DNA of 64,000 bases from Octopus sinensis (lineage: Eukaryota): positions 56,358,001-56,422,000 of the forward strand of contig NC_043002.1 of assembly GCF_006345805.1 (NCBI RefSeq), written 5' to 3'. The notes under the pieces are model-generated. The model saw only the letters and a list, made by a program, of their open reading frames with translations, was not told the origin of the DNA and made no database searches. Positions 38,961 to 52,059 of this stretch are shown here, piece after piece. Each line of letters begins with the position of its first letter. Within the stretch, counting starts at the first letter, position 1. The position numbers and the translations under genes are program-made.

Positions 38961-39580
38961 ATACAAGGAGTTTGGGCTGAATTTGTCAGTTTGCATGAAA
39001 GGAAAAGAAAACACAATTTCACATCGAAAAATAACAATATTTTTAAAAATCAAAACATAGCAACAAGATTTTGGCTGAGTGATAACAGTTTATTAGCTGT
39101 TCTCAGCTTTCATCATGGCCTCAAAGTGGCTCTGGAACCTGGTTCATGTGTTCCTCTCTATGTCCTTGGAAGATCTTCATACATTTCCTTGTGTTGGGTC
39201 ACCAGCTTGGTCTTCCTGTTGCAGCCAGAGCAGCTGGTGTACCCCACACATAGTAATCCATGAGATTATGATCAGGGAAATTAGGGGGCCAGAAATTGGG
39301 GCTGGTGAAGTCATAGAAATTCTCTGACAATCCCTTCCCACTCTTTCTGGTGGTAAAAGACGAGGAGCCAAAGTCTGCTGCCACGCATATATAACACTGT
39401 TGGATTCATTGGTCTGTGCTATCAGCTGTATTTGGAAAGCAGTGGCCATTAATTTAAACATCCATAAACATGCATTTAGCTGTTTATGCATTTAGCCATT
39501 AATCTTGTTCCTAAGTCAATAAACAATGCATTTATTGTTATTTAAAGAATGAGTATATTTTTACAGGGACACCCTGTGTA
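38958..39580 (-). mobile_element. Decayed Tc1/mariner-superfamily (maT/DD37D-like) transposon
   Basis: LSENFYDFTSPNFWPPNFPDHNLMDYYVWG and YAWQQ motifs. The end TACACAGGGTGTCCC resembles a TIR. Confidence 0.8.
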
Positions 39581-42049
39581 ATGGTGAAGCCATTCATGGG
39601 ACCAGCCTGTGCATGTAAAAATTAAAAAACTGGAGTTTGATTCTGGTATTTGCTGTTTTAACTCAAACAATTGATCTTGCATCCATCAGCAGAAACCAAT
39701 GATGTTTTTCAATATCTCATATTTCTTCTGTAAAAAATACAAATTTAAATAAAATATAAGAACCGTGGTGGTGTATTGTCCATGGTGGTGTTGGTGGTGG
39801 TATTGTCCATGGTGGTGTTGGTGGTGATTGCGGTGGTGGTGGCAGTGGTGGTGGTAATGGTGATGACAGTGGTGATGGTAGTAGTAGTAGCAACAGCAGT
39901 AGCAACGGCTGTGCCACTGGAGGTGATGGTGGTGGTGGTGGTGATGGTGGGTACTATAGTGTAGAAGCTTTCTTTTAGATTTTTCTTTTTCTTTTCTGTT
40001 TTGCTTCTTTTTTAATGCAGAGACTGATTAAAAGAAAATAGTTGATATATAGAATCATCATCATCATCATCACCACCACCACCACCACCACCACCACCAA
40101 AAACAACAACAACAACACCACCACCACCACCATCATCATCATTATTATTTAAAATCCTTGTTCTATGTTGTCATGGGTTGGATGGTTTGGCAGAATCCAA
40201 TGAACAAGAAGATTGCACTGAACTCCACTCTCTGCTTTGGTATGGTTTCTATGGCTGGATGCCCTTCATAACACCTAACACTTTACAGAGTGTATCACCA
40301 AGTAGTGAGGTCACTAAGTAACTTGTAAGTCAAGGGCCCCTGACTGAGTGGAAGTGCCAAGTGTTGAGAGGGTAGAAACTGACAGAAGGACAGGAATAGT
40401 TGTTTTGCTTTGAGGAGATATAAGGTGACTCTGGGAAGAAAGGGAGAAAAAAAGGTGGTGATGATGAGGTGTCAGGACATATGTTCAAGGTAGAAGAGAG
40501 AATAAGGACAAAACAATTTATAAATGCATAGAATCTATCTTGTATGCTTTGTCTTTTACTTGTTTCAGCCATTTGACTGCAGCAGCCATGTTGGAACACC
40601 ACCTTGAAGGTTTTTATCTGAAGGAATCACTACTGGTACTTATGTGTAATTTACTGCTAAGGCTGGTGCGTATTCTAATGGTCTTTAATCACTAACTTAC
40701 AGCCTTTATGTAAATAAAATAAATTAATTTAAAAAAAAAGACAAACTGATGGCTTCCTTCTGTTTCCATCCACCAAATCCACTCATGAGACTGAGATTAT
40801 AATAGAAGACACTTGTCCCAAGTGCCACACAGTGGGACTGATCCTGAAACCATGTGGTTTGGAAGGAAACTCCTTACCATGCTGTCATCCATGTACCTAT
40901 ATGTATAATAGTTCTTATTCTTCCTTGATTTAATCAAATGTATTAACCCTTTTGATACCAATCCATCCCAGACCACCCCTTTTGGTTCTATGATGCAAAC
41001 TTCCTGTTTTAAAGCATCTATATCAAAATCAAATCAAATGGAAATTGTAGTTGTGACCCCCTGGCTAGTAGCACATAAAAAGCACCAACCGTACGTGGCT
41101 GATGCCAGTGCTGATTTGACTAGCTTCTATGCTAGTGGCACATAGAAAGCACCATCTGATTGTGGTTGATACTAGCTCCTCTGGCCCTTGTGCCGATGGC
41201 ACATAAAAGCACCCACTATACTCTTGGAGTGGTTGGCTTTAGGAAGGGCATCCAGCTGTAGAAACACTGCCTGATCAGATTGGGGTCTGGTGCAGCCTCC
41301 TGGCTTCCCAGACCCCAGTTGAACCGTCCAACTCATGCCAGCATGGAAAACAGATGTTAAATGATGATGATGATGATGATGATGATGCAGTGTATTTCAG
41401 CAGAAATAAGGTAGAAAATGGGTTAATAAAATAAGATAACCAATAGATTTCTATATTTTTTTAACCATTTTTAACTTTAAGGGAATTTTCTTTCTGCGTT
41501 AAAAGTTTCACTAATTCTTTATTTAGTTACCTGCATATACCGAAAATCAAAGAAATTGAGAACCATTGGCTCACATTGTTTACATGCTTATAAGTGACGG
41601 AAACATAAGCACACCAGTATCAGTTGTCAAGCAATGCTAGGGGGACAAGCACAGACACACAAACATATATATACATATACACGATGGGCTTCTTTCAGTT
41701 TCCGTCTACCAAATACACTCACAAGGCTTTGGTCAGCCCGAGGCTGTAGTAGAAGACACTTTCCCAAGATGCCACGCAGTGGGACTGAACCTGGAACCAT
41801 GTGGTTAGTAAGCAAGCTACTTACCACACAGCCACTCCTGCACATAGTGTTGTCAATAATAAACTCTTATTAAGTTCATAATCTCCATTTTTTTTTCTTC
41901 TTCTTCATTTTGCCAATAAGAAACACATATATTGGTTCTTTTTTTTATTGTTAGTCAACTACTTAACCAAATAAGTAATCAATTGCTTAATTAATTGATC
42001 AATTAATTAACTACTTCATTATTGTCAATTGTAAAAATACTTATCAGGA

Positions 42050-42720
42050 GCATAAGGGATGGAGATCAGCCCTGAGAAGAACAAGATCCTGGTTAATAGT
42101 AACAACCAGAACACAGCAACCAGCATCGTGCTAAACAGGGAGAGACTTGATGAAGTGGACACCTGCAAGTGCCTAGGATCCACTTTGACCAAGTACAGCA
42201 GATCTCAAATGGAGATAACAACAAGATTCAGTTTAGCCTTTGCTGTCATGACAAAGCTGAACACCATATGGAAAAGCAACAAGACTTAGAGTGTACAAGC
42301 TCTTGGTGACTTTGATCTTTCTGCATTAGTGTGAGAGCTAGAATTATACAGCTGACATGGAGTGAAGAATCCAGGCATTTGTGCACAAGTGCTTCAGAAG
42401 GCAGCTACACAGAGCACAAAACAAACAGCTTTGTCAGGCGGAGCAGATAGGAACCACTTCTTGTGCAAGTAAAAAGATGAAACCTTGCCTGGCACTGTCA
42501 TATATCTCCTATCACAATCCCTGTCCAAAACCATTCTTCTGGGCCCAGTTGAGGAAGGTCCTGGTCTAACAACATCAAGGACTGGACAGGTCAGAATGCA
42601 ATGAATCTATTATGCATCAGAAAGAACAGAGACCAGTGGTGATGGCTGACTATGAAAGTGTCGAGAGTGGTACCCCAAGACTGGCTGCATCAGTTAAGGG
42701 ATCTTGGTGATGATGAACTC
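42050..42720 (+). mobile_element. Decayed RTE (BovB-like) LINE 3' fragment
   Basis: MEISPEKNKILVN...LDEVDTCKCLGSTLT...EITTRFSLAFAVMTKLNTIWKS, followed by a (GAT)-type tail. Confidence 0.8.
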
Positions 42721-45015
42721 ATCCGTAACTTGTTCATGTTCCTAGCTCTGTGATAAGACAGATATAGAGTAATGAGATCCTGTCTCTGATGAGGATGCAA
42801 ATGGTAATGAAAGAACTCTGACAGTCATGTTAATTGATAGATTGATGATATCCATCCCTGCATACATCTGACTTCCATCTTTCTCTCACTAGGCATCCCC
42901 CCTCTCTGACTCCCACACTTCACATCATCTTATTTTTCATCTACCTACAGTTTTATTATCCTACTCCTGATAACTCCCTTTTGCTATCACCACTTATCAT
43001 TTCCTTCCACCTCCACCCCACTCCTATTTCTTTCACTGATATTCATTCTCCTCTGTCTCCATCTTTGACCCTCTGCCAGTTTCCTTTTACACTCTTATGA
43101 ACCTATTTACCTGCTCTTTGCAATCCTCTCTTCTTGATCTCTCTTTTATTCAGCTTCTTGTACTTTGAGGCTACTCCCTGACAGCTCAATATCACCATCT
43201 CTTTTCTCTCTTCTCATCTCAGGTAGCCATATATCTCCCGTACAGTACGACACCTGTTCCTGTCCTTCTCTCAACACCTGGCATAGATCCATTTTCCTCT
43301 CTTCTCTACCACTACTCTGCAAGGAGTCTTGTCTTGCAAGTTTCTTGATATCTTCTCTAATGCTGGTGCCATGAAAATGCACCATGTATACACTGTAAAG
43401 TGATTGGTGTTAGGAGGGGCATCCAGCTGTAGAAACCAGCCCAAAGCAGGAACTAGAGTTTAGCACAGTTCTCCAGCTCATTGGATCCTGTTGAATTGTC
43501 CTGTCCAAGTCAGCAGGGAAGACATATGTTAAATTGTGACAGTAATTATTGTCACACAAGCATTATGATGTTCTTGATTCTATATCCAAATGCCCATACA
43601 GAATCTGATCTTACTCAGAATTACAGTCTGGTTCTGAATTTTCCAAATCTGAATTATTTTCAAGACTTGTTCCTCAATCTAACAACTCTGCAACTACCTC
43701 TCTTCATTTTTTCTTTGCCTTTGTAGCAATTTATGCTTAGAAATGAGGACATTTGAACTCCTTTGCCTTCTTTATTCTTTTATTAACCACACCTGACTTA
43801 ACTACCAGGGATTAGCTCACATTTGGTTCCCCTTTGGATAAGGATTTGCTCCTTTATTCATAGTCTTTAAGGAAAAAAATTGCAAAAGTGCATGTTCTCT
43901 ATTTTTATTGTCACCAAGGGAAAGTGTACCAGCTTCATGGACACTTGAATACACTTCATTCCAGTGACATCTTCAATCTTAAGTTTCTGTAAAACATAGT
44001 TCCATATAGGACTATATCAGTCAGCTAATCCTGAAAGGCATGGTATCACAAGAATCATACTAATTTTGTTTACATTCATTTTGAAAGAAGTAAGGAACTC
44101 TTTACTGTAAGGGAGGAAACTAAAATCCTTTCTTTTATCATAAATAGGATCATTTCAGGAATGGGCTTCTGACTCAGAAATTTTCAACACATGGAATTGG
44201 TCAGTGTCTTGTAAGAGGTCATGGTTTAACGATACCACGTCTGAATTCTATATTGTAATTCTATATTTTTCATCATCACCATCATCATTTAATGATGGTT
44301 GTAAACAAGTATTACCATCGTACAAACAGTGTTGTTCGTTTCCAGTCTTTCTTGAAAAAACATATTTGGACAAGGGGAAATGTTACCTAGCTTGGAAACA
44401 GTTAAGGGTTGGTGACAGGAAGGGTATCCAGTCATTGAAAATCGACTTCAATGAATTGTGTCTAACCCATGCAGTTTGGGAAAAGTGGACATTAAATAGT
44501 GATGATGATGTTAATAACAGCAATGATTGACGATAATGATAATTGTCTGGTGGTGGTGGTGATGGTGATGATGATGATGATTGGGGTGAATCACCATCTT
44601 GAGCTATTGAACAACAATCTACTTGAAACACGAACATATTGCAATCCCTGCAGGCGCTTCCCAATCTCCACACCACACAACACAACACTTCTTAATCTAG
44701 ACTTCTCTAAGAAACAATACGCTATCTCTCTTAAGCATCAATATTTTTCTCTGCTCATTAAGATGTTTTTAAAAACCACTGCACCATCACCACAACCACC
44801 AACACCACCATCGCTACACCTTCACTACCGTCCCTACCTTCATCACCCCACCACCACCACCACCACAACAACAACAACCACATCGCCTTCAAGACCACCA
44901 CTATCACTACTACCACTATCAATTCCACTCTATGTACCGATACAAATCCCAAAGAGGGAACCTCAAATAGTCACTCGACTTGTTAGAAATAACAGCCAAA
45001 TCACCCTCAACTTAC

Positions 45016-45083
45016 CCTCGGCCATATTGAGTGAGAAAATGATACATTTAGATAATGTAGCCCTTACAAAGGACTTCTGTAGC
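45016..45083 (-). CDS. Candidate start-codon exon (M-A-E-G) for the minus-strand gene
   Basis: Acceptor CACGTTTTATAG|, then AATATGGCCGAGG|GTAAGT with a good Kozak context and a consensus donor. Phase 1 fits the acceptor at 12301, giving MAEGNLRL. The link across ~33 kb is inference. Confidence 0.3.
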
Positions 45084-45869
45084 CTATAAAACGTGGGACA
45101 GTCACGGTTATAAACACCACTGCTCAAAAGAAGTCAGCCTACCACCACCACCACCACGATCTCTGCCATTACTCTTGTAGCTAACGTCTCCGCCACCACT
45201 CTAAGAGTAACAATAACAACAACAACAACCAACAAACTCCATCGTCGTCGTCGTCACTAACAACAACTTAAATCTTGATTATAACATCCCACTACCACGA
45301 TATCACTGTCACCACCCCACTACAACCAACACATTTGACACGCACGTATATCTCACCCACCATACCTTGCTATCACACCACTACCACCACCATCATCATC
45401 AGAAACAACATCAGCATAGTCTCCATCATCAACAATCACAAGCAAAGAGACTTAAACCATTGTACATGACGGTGGTAGCGGCGTCAAGGAGAGGGGAGAA
45501 CGATAGATCATTTTGAGGGTCCACCACCATTTCTATCATCTTATCCGTGGCTCCATCACCATCACCACCACCACCATCAGAAACGTCACCATATGAAGCT
45601 CCATCACCCATCATCATCATCATCAACCACAGCAAGAGACTGTAAACATGGTGGTAGGGCTGGCGTCACGCGGGGTGGGGTAGAAATGATAGATGAGTTT
45701 GAGGGGTCCAGTTACAATGATTCATAAAACTCCTCCGTTGCTCAAACAGACCCCACCGATCTGCTGCTGCTGCACCAAAGGACTTTACCAGAGAGAGAAA
45801 ACTTAATTTGCTTATTTTCCTGTGGATATTGAGAAGATTTTTATTCTTTGCATGGACTATTAACCTCAC

Positions 45870-45883
45870 ATTTCCATAGCAAC
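45870..45883 (-). promoter_or_regulatory. RFX X-box-like site
   Basis: GTTGCTATGGAAAT on the minus strand, one mismatch from GTTGCTATGGAAAC. It sits just upstream of a candidate UTR exon ending at the donor CTG|GTAAAG (45789/45788). Confidence 0.35.
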
Positions 45884-45919
45884 AATCTTACAGACCTTAA
45901 CGTAGCCTGCTTCAAATTT

Positions 45920-46690
45920 ACAGTATGTGTGTGTGTGTGTGTGGTGTGTGTGAGCGTGTGTGAGCGTGTGTGAGTGCACGTGAGCGTGTGTATGTTTAAA
46001 CGAGAATGCGTCTGTTTACCTGACTGTGTTTTTATGTTGTGAGATACACACATATGAGTCAGTGTGTGTGTCTGTGTGTAAGTCTTTGTGTTTGGTTGTG
46101 TGTATCGGTTTGCTTGTATGTATTTGTGTGAGTATTTGTGAGGGAGAGTGTATGTGTGTGTATTTGTGAGAGAGCGTGTGTATTTGTGTGAGAAAGTGTG
46201 TATGTATTTGTGTGAGAATGTGTATATTTGTGTGAAAGAGTGTGTATGTATTTGTGTGAGAAAGTGTGTATGTACTTGTGTGAGAGTGTGTATATTTGTG
46301 TGAAAGAGAGTGTGTATGTATTTTTTGTGAGAGAGAGAGTGTGTGTGTGTGCTTCTGGTTAAATTTGTTTGTGTGACTGTGTGTGAATTTGTTAATGTCC
46401 TGTCCAAGTCTGCCTGTCTTTTTCCTCTTTAGATGTCGCTGTGTGAATGCAACTGTGTACGTGTGTTGGTGCGTCCATGTTTGTAAGGTTATAACAGTGA
46501 ATTTGTGTGTGTGTGTGTGTGTGTGGTGTTTATATGATCTGTATGTGTGTATGTGAGAGAGAGAGAGAGAGCTTGCGCGCGCGTGTGTATGGTACGTGAC
46601 TTTGAAAGGTATGTAGGCATAAAGAGGATATGTGATTCTATGTCTGTGTGTGCGTGCATGCATGTGCGAAGCTAGCTAGCTAGCTAGATA

Positions 46691-46727
<37 letters not shown>

Positions 46728-46960
46728 AAGCGAGAGTTAGAGACAGATAGAGAGATATAGATAGGGAGATAGAAGTAGACAGATAGAGAGGTAAATACAG
46801 AGATGGTAGATAGATAGATAAAGAGAAAGGGATAGAGGTAGATAGAGAGATGGTAGATAGATAGATAGAGAGGTAACTAGAAAGATGGTAGATAGACAGG
46901 CAGATAGATAGAGCTATATACAGGTTTGGTGGAACACATAAGATAAATTCATATGTACAT
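45920..46960. repeat. Compound microsatellite/minisatellite: (TG)n, ~22-bp TGTGTATGTATTTGTGTGAGA units, (GA)n and (GATA)n
   Basis: Directly visible. It generates the His/Thr-rich spurious ORFs. Confidence 0.9.
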
Positions 46961-47398
46961 ATTAATCAGCAGAAAGTTATAAAAGTGACTCAAGGGCCGA
47001 CAGCTTCGTGTATGACTCTCACATACGTGCGCGCGCGCGTATGTGTGTATGAGTAATGCATTATGTTCTAGTTTATGTGGCGTGTCAATGTTGTTAGTGC
47101 ATGTGTAGTAGAAGTTTAGATTGAATTAATAAAATGATAAAAATAATAATAACGTGAGCTAGTGCCGGTGTGTAGGTGTACGACGAGCCGTTGTATGTGT
47201 GTGCGTGCGTGTGAATATATATGTGTTAGTGGTATAGTATAATATGGAATGTATGTATGAATGTATCTGTGTATGTATGATTTTCGTTGTGTGATTGACA
47301 GCCTGTGTTGAAAAGAAAGAATGTGTATCTTGAATATATATATATATATATATATACATATAATATATATATATATGTATGTGTGTGTGTAGATATAT

Positions 47399-47442
<44 letters not shown>

Positions 47443-48169
47443 ACATACATACACATATACACACATACACGTGTGTGTGTAAATGTCAGAATATCTGAGA
47501 GGAATTTTATCAGGGGGTACAGGAAGTTTCTTTCGTGGTGGTGGGGCCCCCTCCCTTCTGTGAACTCTATAGTCGTCAATAATTACAAACATTTTTTGAG
47601 GTTTCAGGAAATTCCTGGGCCCTCGGGTACAATGTGGCCCTGTACTCCTCTTCTTTTCATAGGCCCTGGTATATGTATATCTAATTCTATGCATACACAT
47701 ACAGAAAATATGGGTAGAGAAAGACTCCAAAATCAGTCCGAATAAGAACAAAACTAAAATATAAGAATAAAATGTTTAGAAAAATACTCGATTGGGCTCC
47801 TCCCTTCCGGATGTGAATTTCTCAAGAAACTTTCAGCACCTGACATTATCACATTTAATCAGGTAATGTATTTCAACTTCTTAACAAAGACCTAAAATAG
47901 AAAAAAAATTGTGTACCTGGGTTTGGCTATGTGATCAGTATTGACCTCTAGGGTATCTATAGAGCTATGCTAGAGGTCAATAAACACCTGAAAATTTTTT
48001 GAATATTAACGGGGAAGAATTATTAGTGGACAGAAACTGGAAATACATTGGTAATTTAAGGTTAAAACTCACTAATTTCCAGACAGAAACTGATGCAATA
48101 ACTACTGTTCATCAAACTCATATCTCACATTAAATATTCTGACTCCGAGATCTAACTAAAAAGTATTAG

Positions 48170-48710
48170 GATTGTTGCTATGGTAACGGAGCTAAAGTAT
48201 GTAGAGTGAATCCACTTGGCACAGAAAGACCTTGAACTCTGTTGCACATGCATAACAAGTTATAATGCTCTCACTCATTTCTGTTGTTTATGGCTGTACT
48301 TTGAAGTGAAGTGTGTAGAGTGTGGTCGTCTCAAAAAGAAGATAGGGATTCAGCTGTGCAGGATCTTTCTGGTTGTGTCAGGGGAAGAAGGAAACTTTTT
48401 GAAAATGGTCATAACAGGTGACAAATTTTAGATCTATGGCTATGACCTCAAAACCAAGGTTCAGTCTTTGCAGTGGAAGACCCCCAACCAGATTTGAAGA
48501 TATCAAGGAAATGTAAGAGAATGCCTAAAGGTAGCTGCTTGCTTTCTCAAAAAAGGAGTTCCAGGAATGTTCGCTGGAAATGGCACTAGATGAAGTGTGT
48601 GGTTTCAGAAGAGCACAGCTTCAAAGGAGATTAAATGTTGAATTAATATGTAATATAGTTTCCTTTTTATGGCACCAGTCTCCCCGATACTTTTTGATCA
48701 GATCTCATCA
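48170..48710 (+). mobile_element. Internally deleted mariner transposon
   Basis: FLKMVITGDKF*IYGYDLKTKVQSLQWKTP followed directly by C-terminal-like sequence and a TIR-like end CCCCGATACTTTTTGATCAGATCTC. Confidence 0.8.
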
Positions 48711-49190
48711 TCATCATCATTATCGTTTAATGTCCGCTTTCCATGCTGGCATGGGTTGGACGGTTTGACTGAGGACCAGCAAGCCAGAAGGCTACACCAG
48801 GCTCCAATCTGATCTGGCAAAGTTTCTGCAGCTGTATGCCCTTCCTAATACCAACAACTCTGTGAGTGTAGTGGGTGCTTTTTATGTGTCACTGGCATGA
48901 AGGCCAGTCAGGCTGTACTGGCACTGACCACTCTTGAATAGGAGCCAGTCAGGTGACACTGGCAATGACTATGCTTGAATGGCGATTTTAATGTGTCACC
49001 AGCATGGGAGCCAGTCAGCCAGCACTGACATAGACCATACTTGAATGGTGCTTTTTATGTTCCACAGGCACAGGAGTCAGTCAACTGGCACTGATATTGA
49101 CCATGCATGAATAGTGCCTTTTATGTGGCACCAGCAGGGGAGCCAGTCAGGTGGCACTGGCAATGATCACACTCTAATGGTACTTTTTAT
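48708..49190 (-). mobile_element. RTE 3' tail copy with ~60-bp internal tandem subunits
   Basis: (CAT)n-CGTTTAATGTCCGCTTTCCATGC... followed by 5-6 GGAGCCAGTCAG..CACTGGCAATGA units. Similar tails lie at about 11170, 13365, 18722, 26905, 32440, 40140, 41020 and 59100. Confidence 0.85.
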
Positions 49191-50844
49191 ATCAATATAA
49201 TGATATCTCTGAATTTTTATTGTTCTTTTTCAATTTTGCTTAAAATATTTCTTATTTAGAAACTAGAATTGGCAAAAAAGGACAAAAGAATTATAGTTTT
49301 TAAATCAAGAATTTTTTCACAAATTATTAGTCTTAATTTAATTATAGAAATTTACATGATTGGGTGGATGATACATTATCAATGATTCCTTGAAGGGGTC
49401 AATGATACAAGAAATTTGCCAACACTTGGTGTAGACGAACAGAATTGAGAAACATATCAATCATAATGAGTTACATGGCCACATTTGGAAATGATTGCTT
49501 TTGTAATTCAACCAGAAGCAGCAAGAAAATATCTGTTGAACAGAGTCTGTGAAGCTCTCAATTCCAAAACTCGACTGAAAAATGGCAGTTTTTTTGCATT
49601 TATGTGGAAACCATTATTCATGTAGTCATCGAAGAATCAAAGGTGGAGTCACCTAGTGGACAGTTAGTACAAGTGAGATAATCACTTCTTCATAATATTT
49701 GGTGGGATTGGTAAATTGAATTTGAAATAAAGGAATAAGGAAGAAAGCGCATAGGATATACTCGTTGGTTTCAAATTTTGGTACAAGGTTACCAATTTCA
49801 GAGGAGGGGGTAAGTTGATTACATTGACACAGAGTTCAACTGGTACTTATTTTATCAACCCTGAAAGGACAAAAAGCAAAGTTGACCCTGCTGGCATTTG
49901 AACTCAGAACTTGAAGTCGAAAGAAATGCAGCCAATCATTTTTTTCTGGCATGCTAACAATTCTTCCACCTTGCATAGAATGTACATATTAAAATATCTT
50001 TTACATATCTAACTATTATGAAATACTTAAAATTTCTAGTCTTGGTTAATTATGTATTGCACCATTTCATTCTTTTTAGAAATCATCAGAATGACATAAA
50101 ACACAGTCTGTAAAGAATTAGTTGTCTTTGACACATGATGTTGTTATTAAAACAATATACAATGTCCTTTATTGGAAAGCCTTCTCCTGGGCAAATATTC
50201 TAGTGGTTACTTTCTCATAGTTGTAAACACTTGAGGTTAAATCAATGAAAAATATAATGATTGTGGACAAAATTGCATCTTCTTTATCCAGCTTATATAA
50301 TTTCATTATTTATGTTTAATTATTTGTTCACTTATGTTACTAAAGCTTTGTGAGCAGATTTGGTACACACACACACACACACACACATTTTTCAATCTTC
50401 TGCAGCAAGCTGGTAGAAATGTTAGCATGCCAGGCGAAATGCTTAGCAGTATTTCATTAGTCTTTACGTTCTGAGTTCAAATTTCGCTGAGGTCAGCTTT
50501 GTCTTTCGTCATTTTGGGGTCAATAAATTAAGTACCAGTTGCGTACTGGAGTCGATCTAATCAACTGGCCCCCTCCCCAAAAATTTTGGGCCTTGTGCCT
50601 AGAGTAGGAAAGAATCTTCTGTGAAAACATGTCTGGCCACAGGGAAATATCACTTTACTTGGACACAGGAAGGACATTTGACTGTAAAAAATCTGTGTCA
50701 ATGAATTCCATCTGACCCATACAAACTTGGAAAAGTGGACAATAAAATGACCATGATGAGGCTATCTACTTCTCCATTCCGTAAACCCCTAAAGAGTCCT
50801 AATTATTGTTCTTTATTTCTTTTTCTTTTTACTTTTTGCTGTGT

Positions 50845-51285
50845 AGGTGTGGCTGTATGGTAAGAAGTTAGCTTAACAACCTCATGGTTCTAGGGTCAAT
50901 CCCACAGTATGGCACCTTGAGCACATGTCTTTTCCTATAACCTTGGGTCAATGAAAGCCATGTGAGTGGATTTGGTAAACAGAAACTGAAAGAAGCTTAT
51001 TGTATGATATATGTGTATACACGTGCTCACACGTGTTTGCATGTGTGTGTGTGTGTGTGTTTTTCTGTCTGTGTTTGTTCCCTACCCCCACTCAACAACC
51101 GGTGTTGGTATGTTTACATCCCTGTAACTTAGTGGTTTGGCCTAAGAGACTGATAGAATAAATACCAGGTTTTACAAAACTACAACTAATAAGTACTGGG
51201 GTCAATTTATTTGAGTAAAATTCTTCGAGGTGGTGGCCCAGCATGGCTACAGTCTAATGACTGAAACAAGTAAAAGATGGAAGAT
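50845..51285 (+). mobile_element. SINE family B, near full-length copy
   Basis: Same structure as 12718-13070 with an internal (TG)n. Confidence 0.85.
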
Positions 51286-52059
51286 TAAAGATATAAGAGG
51301 GTGAAGGTGAGGAAGATGGGGATGGAAAAAACATGTGGGTGGGTGAGCGGGTGGGTGCTGGGTGACACAGAGAAACAAGTGAGTTTGCAAGAGTATGAAG
51401 TGAGCAAAAGATGGTTAGGGGTAAGAAAAAGGGGTCTATTGGTGATGCATCGAACAGCAAACAGGAATGAATGCATGGTCAACAGTGAATATCAGAGTGG
51501 AGGAAGGTAAAGCAAATAGGGAAGTGTTGGGGAGGAGGTGATAAAAAAAGGGGGGAGAGCAGAGTGAAGAGAATGTGGATGGGGTGAGAGTGATGTTCGA
51601 AGACGAGCAGAGATCGAAAGTATATCTTTTATCGTTTCCATGTTTCAGTCGTTAGACTGCAGCCATGCTGGGGCACAACTGTGAAGAATTTTTATTCGAA
51701 TGAATCAACCCCAGTACTTAATTTTTAAGCTTAGTACTTATCCTATCAGTCTCTTTTGCTGAATTGCTAAGTTGCAAGGACGTAAACACACCAACACCGG
51801 TTGTCAAGTGGTGATGGGGGTACAAACACAGACACAAAGACACACTCACACATAAATATATATATATGTGTATATATAAATAAGAAATGGAAACCAAAAC
51901 AATAAATTGAACAATTAGGAATTCAATTCAATTTAATTATTTTATACAAACAAATGACACGTCTCATAAATTACAGCTGTTTTCACTTCATTAATAAAAC
52001 CAAGTTTTTTAAGAATCATAAAATCCTGTTTAACACCTTGCTAAATTGTTATATATATA

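Noticed and set aside
44499-45089. 196-aa plus-strand ORF
   Set aside because: Built largely from (GAT)n and (ACC)n low-complexity runs, with no domain similarity and no splice support.
45841-47751. Long ORFs of 188-215 aa rich in H, T, Y, I
   Set aside because: Translations of (TG)n, (TA)n and minisatellite tracts.
51960-52010. GAAAACAGCTGTA hammerhead-like stem III on the minus strand
   Set aside because: No intact CUGANGA box, stem II or stem I.
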